From positions 1 to 32,908 of the forward strand of contig JBGATO010000042.1 in the NCBI GenBank assembly GCA_044229145.1: a stretch of DNA of 32,908 nt, given 5' to 3'. This DNA is from Candidatus Eiseniibacteriota bacterium (GTDB lineage: Bacteria; Eisenbacteria; RBG-16-71-46; CAZEPH01). The translations under genes were made by a program, and so were the position numbers. The notes beneath the pieces were generated by a model. That model did not search any database and was not told the origin of the DNA. It saw only the letters and a list, made by a program, of their open reading frames with translations. Shown piece after piece: positions 9,605 to 19,269 of the stretch. Each line of letters begins with the position of its first letter. Within the stretch, counting starts at the first letter, position 1.

Positions 9605-10533
9605 TCCGCCGGAGCCAGGGCGCGGCGCACGAAACCGTCGTGGCGGGCCAGGCGCGCCTTCGCCTCGGCGGCATCGACACCGGCCAGTAGCATGACCAGC
9701 GCCGTCTTCACGTGACCGTCGGCCGCGGCGAGCACGCGCGCGGCCTCGTCGTACTCGACACCGGTGGCGATCATGACGACGCGCTTGGCGCGCTCGCGCA
9801 ACTTCGCCGAGGTCGAGCCGAGGTCGACCATCATGTTCTCGTACACCTTGCCGAGCCGGATGAAGGTCACCGTGGTGATCATGTTGAGCACCAGTTTCTG
9901 CGCGGTACCGGACTTCATGCGGGTCGAACCCATCACCACTTCAGGGCCGACTACCGGGCAAATGGCGACGTCGACCGGAATCGCGATCTCCTCGCGCGGG
10001 GTGCAGGCCAGGTACACGGTCCGACAGCCGCGGCGGCGCGCCTCGGTGAGGCCGGCGATGACGTAGGGCGTGCGGCGGCTGGCGGCGATGCCGATCACCA
10101 CGTCGCGCGGGCCGGCCTCGAGCCGCGCGAGGTCGGCCACGATTTCGTCCTCACGGTCCTCGGCGCCCTCGACGGCACGCACCAAGGCGCCGTAGCCGCC
10201 GGCGATGAGCCCGACGACCTGGGCCGGATCGCTGCCGTAGGTGGGCGGGCACTCGGAGGCATCGAGCACGCCGAGCCGCCCGGAAGTGCCGGCGCCGAGG
10301 TAGACGATGCGACCGCCGTCGCGCAGCGCGGCGACGGTGAGCTCGACCGCCGCCGCGATGTGCGGGATCTCGTCGGCGACGATGCCGGGCACGGTCGCGT
10401 CCTCGGCGTTGACGATGCGCAGCGCCTCGTCGATCGACGCCTCGTCGATGCGCATCGAGCGCGGGTTGCGCTGCTCGGTTACCAGGTTGCGGATTTCGTC
10501 GAAGACACGGCGGTCGGGAGATGGATCGGACAT
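9601..10533 (-). CDS. murQ: N-acetylmuramic acid 6-phosphate etherase
   Basis: TEQRNPRS, GAGTSGRLGVLDASECPPTY, AVEGAED, GPEVVMGSTRMKSGTAQKLVLNMIT, GKVYENMMVD. Confidence 0.97.
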   Translation of the reverse strand: MSDPSPDRRVFDEIRNLVTEQRNPRSMRIDEASIDEALRIVNAEDATVPGIVADEIPHIAAAVELTVAALRDGGRIVYLGAGTSGRLGVLDASECPPTYGSDPAQVVGLIAGGYGALVRAVEGAEDREDEIVADLARLEAGPRDVVIGIAASRRTPYVIAGLTEARRRGCRTVYLACTPREEIAIPVDVAICPVVGPEVVMGSTRMKSGTAQKLVLNMITTVTFIRLGKVYENMMVDLGSTSAKLRERAKRVVMIATGVEYDEAARVLAAADGHVKTALVMLLAGVDAAEAKARLARHDGFVRRALAPAD

Positions 10534-10593
10534 GGCGAGCAGAGTAGCACAGCGGCGCCGCAACCGACCGTGTATGCTCGAGGCTAACAGCGT

Positions 10594-11592
10594 TTAGCGC
10601 GTGCGAGGCCGCCGCGCCCACTCGGCAACGCGCTGGCCGCACCACGCCGCCACCGGACCTACGAGCGCCACGGCGACGAGGGCGCCCGCGACATAGGCGG
10701 TCACCTCCGGCGCCACGGGTGGCGCCGCGACCGCACCACGGCCCGTCGCGTGGCCGCTGCGCTCCATCACCTCGCGCGCCACCCCGACACTCGCCCAGTG
10801 TGTGGCGAAGGCTGCCGCAGGCACCGCCGCGCAGGCACCGGTGAGCAGCGCGTACCAGGTCGACCGCTGTGCGCGCCCCGGGGCGAACCAGGCACCGCAC
10901 AAGTCCACGCACACCGCAGCCGCCAACGGGTAAAGCGGCACCGCGACCGCCCACCACGAGGTGTCGAGAGCCCCCGCGCCTGGCGCCCGGAGCAGCATCG
11001 CCGCGGCCCGCACCATCCACGGCGCGGTCACCGCCACCGCGACGCCGATCGCCGCCGCCGCGAGATTGAGGGTGGTGGCCGCCCACACGCGCCCGGTGAG
11101 CTCGCGGGCGAGCATCCCCGTGAACGCTACCGTGGCCGCGAGCGCCACCGGTCCGGTCGCCAGGACGAAGCCATGGATGGTCACGGCCGGCCCGCGATGA
11201 AAGGCTGGAGCGCCGACGAAGAGCAACGCGCGCACGAGTCCGGCCAGCGCCACCAACGTGACCGCGTCGCCGCGGGCGGCAACCCACGTCCCGGCACGCA
11301 TCCGGCGGCGCGCCTCCGCCACCGCGATCGCCACGAAACCGCTCGCGACGACGAGGCCGGCGAGACTCACGCCGGCGACATCCCCCCAGCGCTGGTCCGG
11401 GCCCTGCGCGTGCCGCCACGCGACGTCCCACTCCATCGCGCACGCTGCCGCGAGAAGCACGGCGGTGAAGATCGCGGCGCCGCGCGCGGGTGCGTCTCGC
11501 CGCGCGCGCGACGGCACCGTCACCAGCGCCGGTGCTGCGTCTGGCGCGCCCGGCGCTATCAATCCCCTCGAGATGTCCGCGGTGTGTGCCAC
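10594..11592 (-). CDS. Multi-pass membrane protein of unknown function (start uncertain, 11592 or 11688)
   Basis: Many hydrophobic Ala/Val/Leu helices; fills the gap between the FHA gene and murQ on the same strand. Confidence 0.6.
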   Translation of the reverse strand: MAHTADISRGLIAPGAPDAAPALVTVPSRARRDAPARGAAIFTAVLLAAACAMEWDVAWRHAQGPDQRWGDVAGVSLAGLVVASGFVAIAVAEARRRMRAGTWVAARGDAVTLVALAGLVRALLFVGAPAFHRGPAVTIHGFVLATGPVALAATVAFTGMLARELTGRVWAATTLNLAAAAIGVAVAVTAPWMVRAAAMLLRAPGAGALDTSWWAVAVPLYPLAAAVCVDLCGAWFAPGRAQRSTWYALLTGACAAVPAAAFATHWASVGVAREVMERSGHATGRGAVAAPPVAPEVTAYVAGALVAVALVGPVAAWCGQRVAEWARRPRTR

Positions 11593-11757
11593 GCCCTCAT
11601 CCTTCTCGCGCTCACCGCCCGATGGCGGCGTCCCACTCGATCCGCGCGCGGCGGATCGTGTCACCGAGGGGACCGGCACATGCGACACGGCCGGCGATCC
11701 TGAAATCGCCGGCCGTGCAGAGGAGTTCCCGGGTGGGCGCCAGGAAGAGGCGGAAGG

Positions 11758-12159
11758 CTAGGCGGCTTCGCTGGCCCGGGCCGCCTCGAAGCGCAGAATC
11801 ACGGTGCCGAGGCGCAGCAAGTCGCCGGAGCGCAGCTTGACGCGCCCGTTCACCCGCTCGCCATTCAGAAAGGTCCCGTTCACGCTCCCGACGTCTTCGA
11901 GGTAGAACTGGCCTTCGCCGAAACAGATGCGGGCGTGGCGCTTGGACACCGAGCCGTCGGCCAGCACGAGATGGTTGGTCTCGTCGCGTCCGAGGTAGTT
12001 CACCTCGGCCCCGAGCACTTGGCGCGCGCAGGTGTTGCGGTTGAGCGGGACGAGCGCCACCGAGGGAATTTCATGGAAGTGCAGCTTCATCCCGCATTGC
12101 GCGCAGAAGAAACTGCCTTCGCGATTGTCGTGATGACACAAGTTGCAATTCAAGGACAT
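11758..12159 (-). CDS. Zinc-ribbon + FHA domain protein
   Basis: CNLC..FCAQCG; FHA motifs LGRD, VSKRHA, DVGSVNGTFLNG; GGAG SD upstream. Confidence 0.92.
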   Translation of the reverse strand: MSLNCNLCHHDNREGSFFCAQCGMKLHFHEIPSVALVPLNRNTCARQVLGAEVNYLGRDETNHLVLADGSVSKRHARICFGEGQFYLEDVGSVNGTFLNGERVNGRVKLRSGDLLRLGTVILRFEAARASEAA

Positions 12160-12176
12160 CGCGTGCTCCGTTCTTC

Positions 12177-12485
12177 CTAGGCGGCCGGCGGCGTCGCCAC
12201 CGAGGCGTCCGCTGCCTGCAGGTCGGCCAGCAGCGTCTGCGCCGCGGCACAATTCGGGTCGATCTCGAGCGCCTTCTGGCAGGCGCGCAGCGCGCCGTCC
12301 TTGTTGCCCTTGAGCGCCAGGATCTGTCCGAGCTTGACCTGCACGAAGGCGGCGTCGGCGACGCGAATCGTCATGCCGGTGTCGTTCGATGCGGAGCGCG
12401 CGGCCTCGAGCTTGACGCCGCACTTGATGCAAAAGCGGTCCTCGGGATAGCAGTCGGCATGACCGCACTTGGGACACGCATTCAT
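12177..12485 (-). CDS. Zinc-ribbon + single TPR protein
   Basis: CPKC..FCIKCG; TPR LGQILALKGNKDGALRACQKALEIDPN; ATGA overlap with the upstream gene. Confidence 0.85.
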   Translation of the reverse strand: MNACPKCGHADCYPEDRFCIKCGVKLEAARSASNDTGMTIRVADAAFVQVKLGQILALKGNKDGALRACQKALEIDPNCAAAQTLLADLQAADASVATPPAA

Positions 12486-13765
12486 GCTGCAGTCCTCCCT
12501 GCCTGTGGTGCCGTGATATCGGCGAAGCTGCGTTCGAGAGCGCCGACCACCGCGGGGTCGAAGTGGGTGCCCGCCCCGCGCTTCACTTCCTGGATGGCGG
12601 CGGCCGGCGCGACGGCCGGCCGGTACGCACGATCGGTGGTGAGCGAGTCGTAGGCGTCGGCGACGGCCAGCACACGCGCGATCAGCGGGATCTGTTCGTG
12701 CGCCAGCCCGTCGGGATATCCGCTGCCGTCCCATCGCTCGTGATGCGAGCGGACACCGGGCACGGTGGCGGCCAAGGTGGCGATGCTGCCGATGATGCTG
12801 GCGCCGAGCAGCGGGTGGATCCGCATCTTCTCCCACTCGCCGTCCGAGAGGGCGCCGCACTTGTGCAAGATCTCGGCCCCGATGCCAATCTTCCCGATGT
12901 CGTGGATGAGCGCGGCGCGATGCAGCGTTTCGATGTCCGACTCCGGCAGCGCCATCTCGTGCGCGATGCGGACCGCATACTGCGCGACGCGCATCGAGTG
13001 CCCGTCGGTGTAGGCATCCTTCGCCTCGAGTGCGGTGGCGAGCGACATCAGCACGCCGGCGAGCATCTTCTCGAGTTGCGCCACACTCTGCGCGTTGCTG
13101 AGCGTCATCGCGGCGTGCTGCGCGTAGGCATGGAACAGCGGCTCGTGTTCGGCGTCGAAAGCGTCGGCTTGCGCGCTTCCCAGCACCAGGAGCGCGGGCG
13201 CGCCGTCGCGCGGCTTCAGCGTCAGCACGGCGCCACAGCCCATCGCGTCGTCGAGACGAATGCCACCCCACGGGCCCGGCCGTTCCATGTCGTAGACGAT
13301 GAGCGGCTTCTCGCGCGCGGCGATCTGCGCCAGCTGCGCGTGGCTCAGGCGCCCCAGCACCGAGGCCGCGGACGATGGCAAGACGCCACGCACCGCGCGC
13401 AGCGCGAGTCCGCTGCCGTCTCCGGCGACGAAGAGCGCCGCGGCGTGGATCTCCTGCGCGAGTTCGAGTGCGTGGTCGACGATGGCGGTGTAGAGCGCGC
13501 TGGGATCGAGGCTCGAGCCGAGCGCGCACGTCACCGCCGAGAGCGCCGACATGCCGGCGGCGCGGCGCTCGAGGCGCGCGGTCCGGTCGTTGACCTCGCG
13601 ATACAGCACCTCGCTCTCCTGCCGCGCCTGCTGCACGGCGAGCCCGAGGCGCTCGTAGGCGTCCTCGAGTTCGCCGAGAAGTTCGAGGCGTTCGGTTTCG
13701 AGAGCCTCGACGCGCTGGCGCAGGATCTGCGCGGCGTCGAGATGGCGGACGTCGGGAGGCGTCAC
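12482..13765 (-). CDS. Coiled-coil-GAF-HD-GYP cyclic dinucleotide phosphodiesterase
   Basis: GTGA overlap with the kinase stop. EAKDAYTDGHSMRV, IHDIGKIG, HHERWDGSGYPDGL, VADAYD..DRAYR. Confidence 0.92.
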   Translation of the reverse strand: MTPPDVRHLDAAQILRQRVEALETERLELLGELEDAYERLGLAVQQARQESEVLYREVNDRTARLERRAAGMSALSAVTCALGSSLDPSALYTAIVDHALELAQEIHAAALFVAGDGSGLALRAVRGVLPSSAASVLGRLSHAQLAQIAAREKPLIVYDMERPGPWGGIRLDDAMGCGAVLTLKPRDGAPALLVLGSAQADAFDAEHEPLFHAYAQHAAMTLSNAQSVAQLEKMLAGVLMSLATALEAKDAYTDGHSMRVAQYAVRIAHEMALPESDIETLHRAALIHDIGKIGIGAEILHKCGALSDGEWEKMRIHPLLGASIIGSIATLAATVPGVRSHHERWDGSGYPDGLAHEQIPLIARVLAVADAYDSLTTDRAYRPAVAPAAAIQEVKRGAGTHFDPAVVGALERSFADITAPQAGRTAA

Positions 13766-16700
13766 GCGGCCTGCTCCTCTGCACGCGCCGCCGCGGCATC
13801 GAGCCCGTCGATGAGCCGCTGGACGTCCGCCGCGTGTTCGCTCGCTTGCAATTCCGTGAAGGTCAAGAGCGCCAGCTCCAGGTGGAGACGCGCCTCGTCG
13901 GCGCGATCGTGGTCGGCAAGGAAGACGGCGTAGTCGCGGCGGCATTCGGCTTCCTGCAGCTTGCCGCCGATTTCGTCGCACACCGCCATCGACTCTTCGA
14001 AGTACTGTTCGGCTTCGACCGCGCGGCCCGCCAGGCCGGCGATCACCGCCTTGACTCGATAGCTATCGGCCGCTCCGAGCCGATCCTGTCGTTCGCGAAA
14101 GGTCGCGAGGGCCTGGTCGACGTTTTCTTCCGCGCTTTCGAGTTGTCCGAGCCGGGCCTCGGCCTCGGCCAGCCCGAGCCGTGCAATGGCCTGGAGCTCG
14201 AGGAACTGGATGTCGCTCGCCAAGTTCACGGCGCGGCGGTGGAAGTTCACCGCCTCGGCCCAGTTGTGCAGGGCCGCATAGGTCATCCCGATGTTGTTGG
14301 TGGTCTGGGCTTCGCCCCGCGCGTCCTCGATGGCGCGGTAGCTGTCGATGCTGCGCTGATAGAACGCGATCGCGGTGGCGCGTTCGCCGCGCACGTTGTA
14401 CGCCGCGCCGAGGTTGTTGCAGGCGCGGGCGATCAGGTTCTTGTCGCTGGTCGCCTCGGCGATCTCGAGCGTCTTGCCGTAGAACTCGAGGACGCGTGGC
14501 ATGTCGCTGCGTTCGAAGTACACGTTGCCGGTGGCGCGGTAGACGTCGGCGAGCCCCTGCGTATCGCCAAGAGCCTCGTACACCGCTTGCGCTTCCGCGT
14601 AGAGACGCAGCGCGAGTTCGGTGTCCTGGCGCGCGTCGGCGACATCGCCCATCAGCTTGGCGAGGCGCGCGGCACGCGGCCGGTCGCCGTAGGCTTGGGC
14701 CAGCGAATGCGCGATGTCGTAGTGGTCGAAGGCGTCGGCGTGGCGTCCGAGCTCAGCGCACAAACCGCCGAGCGTCTCGCGCAAGGTGCACTGCTCCGCC
14801 GTGGTGTCGGTCTCGCTCTGCGCGTAGCAGTCGAGCGCCCGCCGGTAGAATCCTTCGGCCGCGTCGTGGTCGAACAACCCGGCCGCGCGCTCGCCGGCGC
14901 GCAGCAAGTACGGCAAGGCGCGGGCGAAATCGCCGGCGCGGAACGCGTGGTCGGCGAGCGCCGACGCGGCCGCACCATCGTCCTCGCCGCGGCAGGCGGC
15001 GATCGCTTCGGCGATCGCGCGGTGGTAGGCGCGCTTGAGCGGCTCGGCGAGTTCGCCATACACCACTTCCCGCACGGCGGGATGCGCGAAGCGGGCGCGG
15101 CCGTCGGCATCCCACTCCACTACGTCGCCGAGCGCGTGCAGCGATTGCAGCGTCGCGAGCAGAGTGGCGCCGGTGGCATGCGCGAGCACGTCGGGGTCGC
15201 AGGCCGCGCCCTGCACCGCCGCGCAGGCGAGCAACGCGCGCTGCGCCGCGTCGCACGATGCCAGGCGGCGGCGGGCCCGCGCGATCATGGCGGCGGGCGT
15301 CGCGACGGTGTCGGGATCGCCGTCCACTACCCACCGCCCCTTCTCCTGGGCCAGGACGCCAGCGGCGCGATAGGCGGCGAGCAGGTCGAAGACATCCGCG
15401 GGCACGCCGTGCGTGCGGTCATACACTCCGCGCAGGAAGTCTTCGGTGAACAGGGGCTGGTGCAAGTGGGCGCGGACGAGATCGGCGAACGCCTCGGGAT
15501 CCAGCGGCGCCAGCATGAGCACCTCGGCGTCCAGACGTGCGTGCCACGTGTGCCCGGAGCCGGCGGGCGCGGCGATCACACACACGAGTCCCTGAGTTGC
15601 GTCACGGCAGGCACGTAGCACGGCATCCGCCGAGGTGGCGTCGAGATCCTCCGCGTCGTCGATCAGGATGCAGGCCGGTCCGCCCTCGCACCACGCGCGC
15701 AACGTCGTGTCGCCGAGCGCGGCGCGCAGTGCGGCCCCCGCCACCTCGCGTCCCGGCACCGTTGGGACGAGGTCGAGCACCCGCAGGCCGGCGGCCTGCG
15801 CATCCTCGGCCACCGCGCGGAGGAATCGCGAGCGGCCGCATCCAGGATCGGTCCGAACCACGAACACGGCGGTGGTGCCGAGCGCGGCGCGCGCGCAGGC
15901 CTCGGCGAGGCGCAGGCGTTCGGCATCGCGCCCGATCAACGCATCGGTGGCACCCGCGCGCGTGGAGCGGCGTGTCGACGCGGTGCGCGCCGCCTCGTCG
16001 AGGACTGCGCGCACCTCCGCGGCGCTCTGCGGGCGCTGCGCCGGATCGGGGTCGAGCAGCTGCAAGATGAGGCGTTCGACAGCGGCGGGCAATGCGACGC
16101 CGAAGCGGCTCGGCGGCACCGGCGGCTCGTGTTGCTTGCGGTAGAGAATGATCTCGGGCGTCTCGCCTTCGAAGGGCAGGCGTCCGGTCGCCATTTCGTA
16201 GAGTGTGCCGCCGAGCGCGTAGAGGTCGGCGCGATGGTCCGCGGTGCCGAGCACCTGCTCGGGCGCCATGTACGCGGCGGTGCCGAGGCCGGCCCCGCTC
16301 GACGCCGCCACCGACGCGATGCCGAAGTCCATCACCTTTGCCGCGCCGCCCGGCTCGGCGACGATGTTGTCCGGCTTGATGTCGCGGTGCACGACGCCGT
16401 GGGCGTGCGCCACCTCGAGCGCCTCTGCGACATCGCCCCCCACGCGCACTAGGTCGGCAGCGGCGAAGGTCTGGCCGGCTTCGAGCGCGCGGCTGAGCGG
16501 TTCGCCGCGGAGGAGTTCGAGCACCATCACGGGCTGCCCGTCGTGGTCGAGCACCGCGTAGGTGGCGACGATGTGCGGGGAGATCAACTTGGCGGCGGCC
16601 AGTGCCTCGGCGCGGAACGCCGCGACCGCCTGCGGATCGCGCGCCAACTCGTCGTGCAACGTCTTCAGCGCGACATCACGATCCAGCGTGAGATCGTGCG

Positions 16701-16803
16701 CGAGGTAGACCACCCCCATGTTGCCGCGGCCCAACTCGCGGCGGACTTCGTAGATGCCTTGGATGATCCCGGTCAGCGCGCCCATACGTCCGGGTGTCGG
16801 CAT
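13762..16803 (-). CDS. Ser/Thr protein kinase - degenerate AAA/STAND-like ATPase - TPR protein
   Basis: GRGNMG, VALK, HRDIKPDN, DFG, GTAAYMAPE; LIGRDAE; Walker-B-like CILIDD; C-terminal TPRs (NNLG, NNIG); GGAG SD before ATG 16803. Confidence 0.92.
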   Translation of the reverse strand: MPTPGRMGALTGIIQGIYEVRRELGRGNMGVVYLAHDLTLDRDVALKTLHDELARDPQAVAAFRAEALAAAKLISPHIVATYAVLDHDGQPVMVLELLRGEPLSRALEAGQTFAAADLVRVGGDVAEALEVAHAHGVVHRDIKPDNIVAEPGGAAKVMDFGIASVAASSGAGLGTAAYMAPEQVLGTADHRADLYALGGTLYEMATGRLPFEGETPEIILYRKQHEPPVPPSRFGVALPAAVERLILQLLDPDPAQRPQSAAEVRAVLDEAARTASTRRSTRAGATDALIGRDAERLRLAEACARAALGTTAVFVVRTDPGCGRSRFLRAVAEDAQAAGLRVLDLVPTVPGREVAGAALRAALGDTTLRAWCEGGPACILIDDAEDLDATSADAVLRACRDATQGLVCVIAAPAGSGHTWHARLDAEVLMLAPLDPEAFADLVRAHLHQPLFTEDFLRGVYDRTHGVPADVFDLLAAYRAAGVLAQEKGRWVVDGDPDTVATPAAMIARARRRLASCDAAQRALLACAAVQGAACDPDVLAHATGATLLATLQSLHALGDVVEWDADGRARFAHPAVREVVYGELAEPLKRAYHRAIAEAIAACRGEDDGAAASALADHAFRAGDFARALPYLLRAGERAAGLFDHDAAEGFYRRALDCYAQSETDTTAEQCTLRETLGGLCAELGRHADAFDHYDIAHSLAQAYGDRPRAARLAKLMGDVADARQDTELALRLYAEAQAVYEALGDTQGLADVYRATGNVYFERSDMPRVLEFYGKTLEIAEATSDKNLIARACNNLGAAYNVRGERATAIAFYQRSIDSYRAIEDARGEAQTTNNIGMTYAALHNWAEAVNFHRRAVNLASDIQFLELQAIARLGLAEAEARLGQLESAEENVDQALATFRERQDRLGAADSYRVKAVIAGLAGRAVEAEQYFEESMAVCDEIGGKLQEAECRRDYAVFLADHDRADEARLHLELALLTFTELQASEHAADVQRLIDGLDAAAARAEEQAA

Positions 16804-16860
16804 CTTGCACTCCGGGCTTGCGGGTTGCAGTCCGCGGCGTGCGCGCACCGCGAGGTTTGG

Positions 16861-19269
16861 CTACGCGGCGCGGTCGCTGCGGCGGCGCCCGTCGCGACGG
16901 CGGCGCTCGCGCACTGCGTCGCGGGCGATCTGCACCGCGTCGTGGATGTCGAGCGGCTTCGGCAACAAACTGAACAGACCCCGCGCCCGCTCGGTGCCGG
17001 CGCTGAACTGTCCGCCCCATCCGCTCACCACCACCACCACGGCCTCCGGATCGCGGGCCTGCACGCCAGCGGTCAACTCCCAGCCATCCATTTCCGGCAT
17101 GCCGATGTCGGTGAACATCACGTCGACGCGCGTGTGCATGAGCAGGCTCAACGCTTCGCGCGCCGAGTGCACGGTGTGGACCGTGTGGCCGGCCTCGCGC
17201 AGGCTTTCCGACAGCACTTCCGCGACCGCGACGTCGTCGTCGACCACCAGAATGGTGCCGGCGGCGTCCGGTGCACTCGCGGCGACGATCGCCGTCGCGC
17301 CGTCCTCGGCCACCTCCGGCGCCTCTTGATGCGCCGGCAATCGGATGCTGAACGTGCTGCCCCGCCCGGCCTCGCTCTCCACCGTCAGCGCGCCGTGGTA
17401 GCGCGTGACGATGGCTTGCGAGATCGCCAAACCGAGGCCGGTTCCCTTCTTGCCCTTGGTAGTGAAGAAGGGATGGAAGATGCGTTCCATCACCTCCTCG
17501 CTCATGCCGGTGCCGGTGTCGATGACGTCGAGGAACACCGCACGATCGCTCGACGACGTGCGCAGCGTCAGGCGACCAGCGTCCGGCGTCGCGTCCACCG
17601 CGTTGATGATCAGATTGGTGACCACCTCGCGCAGTTCCGCCGCGTTCGCCAGCACTTGATGGCGCGCTTGCAGGTCGAGCGCGAACTCGAGCCGCCCATT
17701 GACGCGCGGCTCGTCCCAGCGCGGCCGGGTGAACTCGGCCGCGTCGCGCGCCACTTGATTGATGTCGATGACGGTCGGTTCGCTGGGAGCGGACAGGCGC
17801 GTGAAGTCCTGGATCCGCTTCACCGTCGACGCCCCGTCGCGCGCCGCCTGCTCGATGACGCGGAGGCCCTTCTTGACGTCGTCGTCGCTGGCGCGCATCA
17901 GCATGAGTTGCGCACGCCCGAGGATCGCGCCGAGCACGTTGTTGAAGTCGTGGGCGACACCGCTCGCCATTTCGCCGAGCGCGTGCAGCCGTTCGCTGGC
18001 CACCAGCTGATTCTGCGTCGCCTTGAGGTCGGTGTAGGCGCCCTGCAGCGATTCGAAGAGACGCGCGTTCTCCAGCGCGATCGCGGCGTGATTGGCCACG
18101 ACGGTGAGGAAGTCGAGGTCGCTCGGCAGGAAGCCGCGCCCCTCGCCTTCGCGCGACATCATCAGCACACCGAGGATGGTGTCGCGCGCGCGCAACGGCG
18201 TGAGGATGATCGACTCCGGAATGACCGCGGTGCCGGGCACATGCTTCGAGCGCGGGTCGAGGTGCGCTTCGTTGACGAGTTCGGGCTGGCCGCTCTGCGC
18301 GACCAAACCGGCGAGTCCCTCGCCTGGCTTGACGCGGATCCGCATGAAGGCATCGCGGTCCTCCTCGCTGCCAACGAAGACCAGCGGTGCGAGGTGATCG
18401 CGCGTGTCGGAGTACAGGAAGACGGCGAGCGAGTCACAGTCGATGAGTTCGCGGGCGCGGCGCACCAGCATCTCGACCAGCGCCTTGGTGCCGACACCGG
18501 CCTGCGAAATCACCTGGCTCATCTCGAGCACCGCCGCGAGTTCCGCGGTGCGGCGAATGACCGCTTCGTAGAGCCGCGCGTTGTTCACCGCCACCGCCGC
18601 CTGAATCGCGACCGAGGCGAGCACGCGCTCGTCGTCGGGCAAGAACGCGTGCGCTTCGGCGTGCGCGACCACTACGGCACCGACGATTTCATCGCCGGCG
18701 AGCAGCGGCACCCCGAGCCAGGAGCGGCAATCCGGGACGCGCGCCAGTTCGTCGGGGATGCCGAAGGCGAGCGGTTGCGCGGCATCCTCGACGCGCAGAT
18801 TGGTGCCGCGCAGGGCGATCCACTGCGCCGCGGCCCACGCGGCGGTGCGCCCTTCGGGCAGCTCGCCCGAGTCCCCGCTCACGGTAGAGAGTTCCAGGGC
18901 GGCATTGACGCTGGGGGCGATTGCCACCGCGAACAGTGTTCCCGGCAAGGTTGCGCGAATACGGCGAGCCACGATGTCCAGCACTTGTTCGAGCCGCAGG
19001 GTGGCGCCCAGCGCGCGGCCGATTTCGTTCAACGTCGAGAGTTCGGCGACGCGGCGCTCGAGCCGGGTGACCGAATCGCGCACCTGCGCGTAGGCGACCT
19101 GGGACTCCTCTTGAATGCGCTCGGTGGCTTGCGCAAGCTCGGAATACGCCCACTCGAGATCGTCGAGAAGGCGCTGATTCTGCTCGCGGAGCCGCCGGTT
19201 TTCGGCGCTCACCGTATCGTCCGCCGGCGGGGGAACGGCGGGAACGGACGGCTGTGGGAAGTCGGTCAT
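16861..19269 (-). CDS. Cytoplasmic hybrid histidine kinase (coiled coil-GAF-GAF-HisKA-HATPase-REC)
   Basis: GAF ends AVAVNNARLY and AIALENARLF; H-box AHDFNNVL; NLIINAVDA, DTGTGM, FFTTK..GTGLGL; REC VVDDD, FTDIGMP, PKP. Confidence 0.93.
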   Translation of the reverse strand: MTDFPQPSVPAVPPPADDTVSAENRRLREQNQRLLDDLEWAYSELAQATERIQEESQVAYAQVRDSVTRLERRVAELSTLNEIGRALGATLRLEQVLDIVARRIRATLPGTLFAVAIAPSVNAALELSTVSGDSGELPEGRTAAWAAAQWIALRGTNLRVEDAAQPLAFGIPDELARVPDCRSWLGVPLLAGDEIVGAVVVAHAEAHAFLPDDERVLASVAIQAAVAVNNARLYEAVIRRTAELAAVLEMSQVISQAGVGTKALVEMLVRRARELIDCDSLAVFLYSDTRDHLAPLVFVGSEEDRDAFMRIRVKPGEGLAGLVAQSGQPELVNEAHLDPRSKHVPGTAVIPESIILTPLRARDTILGVLMMSREGEGRGFLPSDLDFLTVVANHAAIALENARLFESLQGAYTDLKATQNQLVASERLHALGEMASGVAHDFNNVLGAILGRAQLMLMRASDDDVKKGLRVIEQAARDGASTVKRIQDFTRLSAPSEPTVIDINQVARDAAEFTRPRWDEPRVNGRLEFALDLQARHQVLANAAELREVVTNLIINAVDATPDAGRLTLRTSSSDRAVFLDVIDTGTGMSEEVMERIFHPFFTTKGKKGTGLGLAISQAIVTRYHGALTVESEAGRGSTFSIRLPAHQEAPEVAEDGATAIVAASAPDAAGTILVVDDDVAVAEVLSESLREAGHTVHTVHSAREALSLLMHTRVDVMFTDIGMPEMDGWELTAGVQARDPEAVVVVVSGWGGQFSAGTERARGLFSLLPKPLDIHDAVQIARDAVRERRRRDGRRRSDRAA

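Noticed and set aside
9605..9690. Genuine 90-bp overlap of the S8 gene with murQ
   Set aside because: The overlap arises from the frameshift; the homologous C-terminus ends at 9604.
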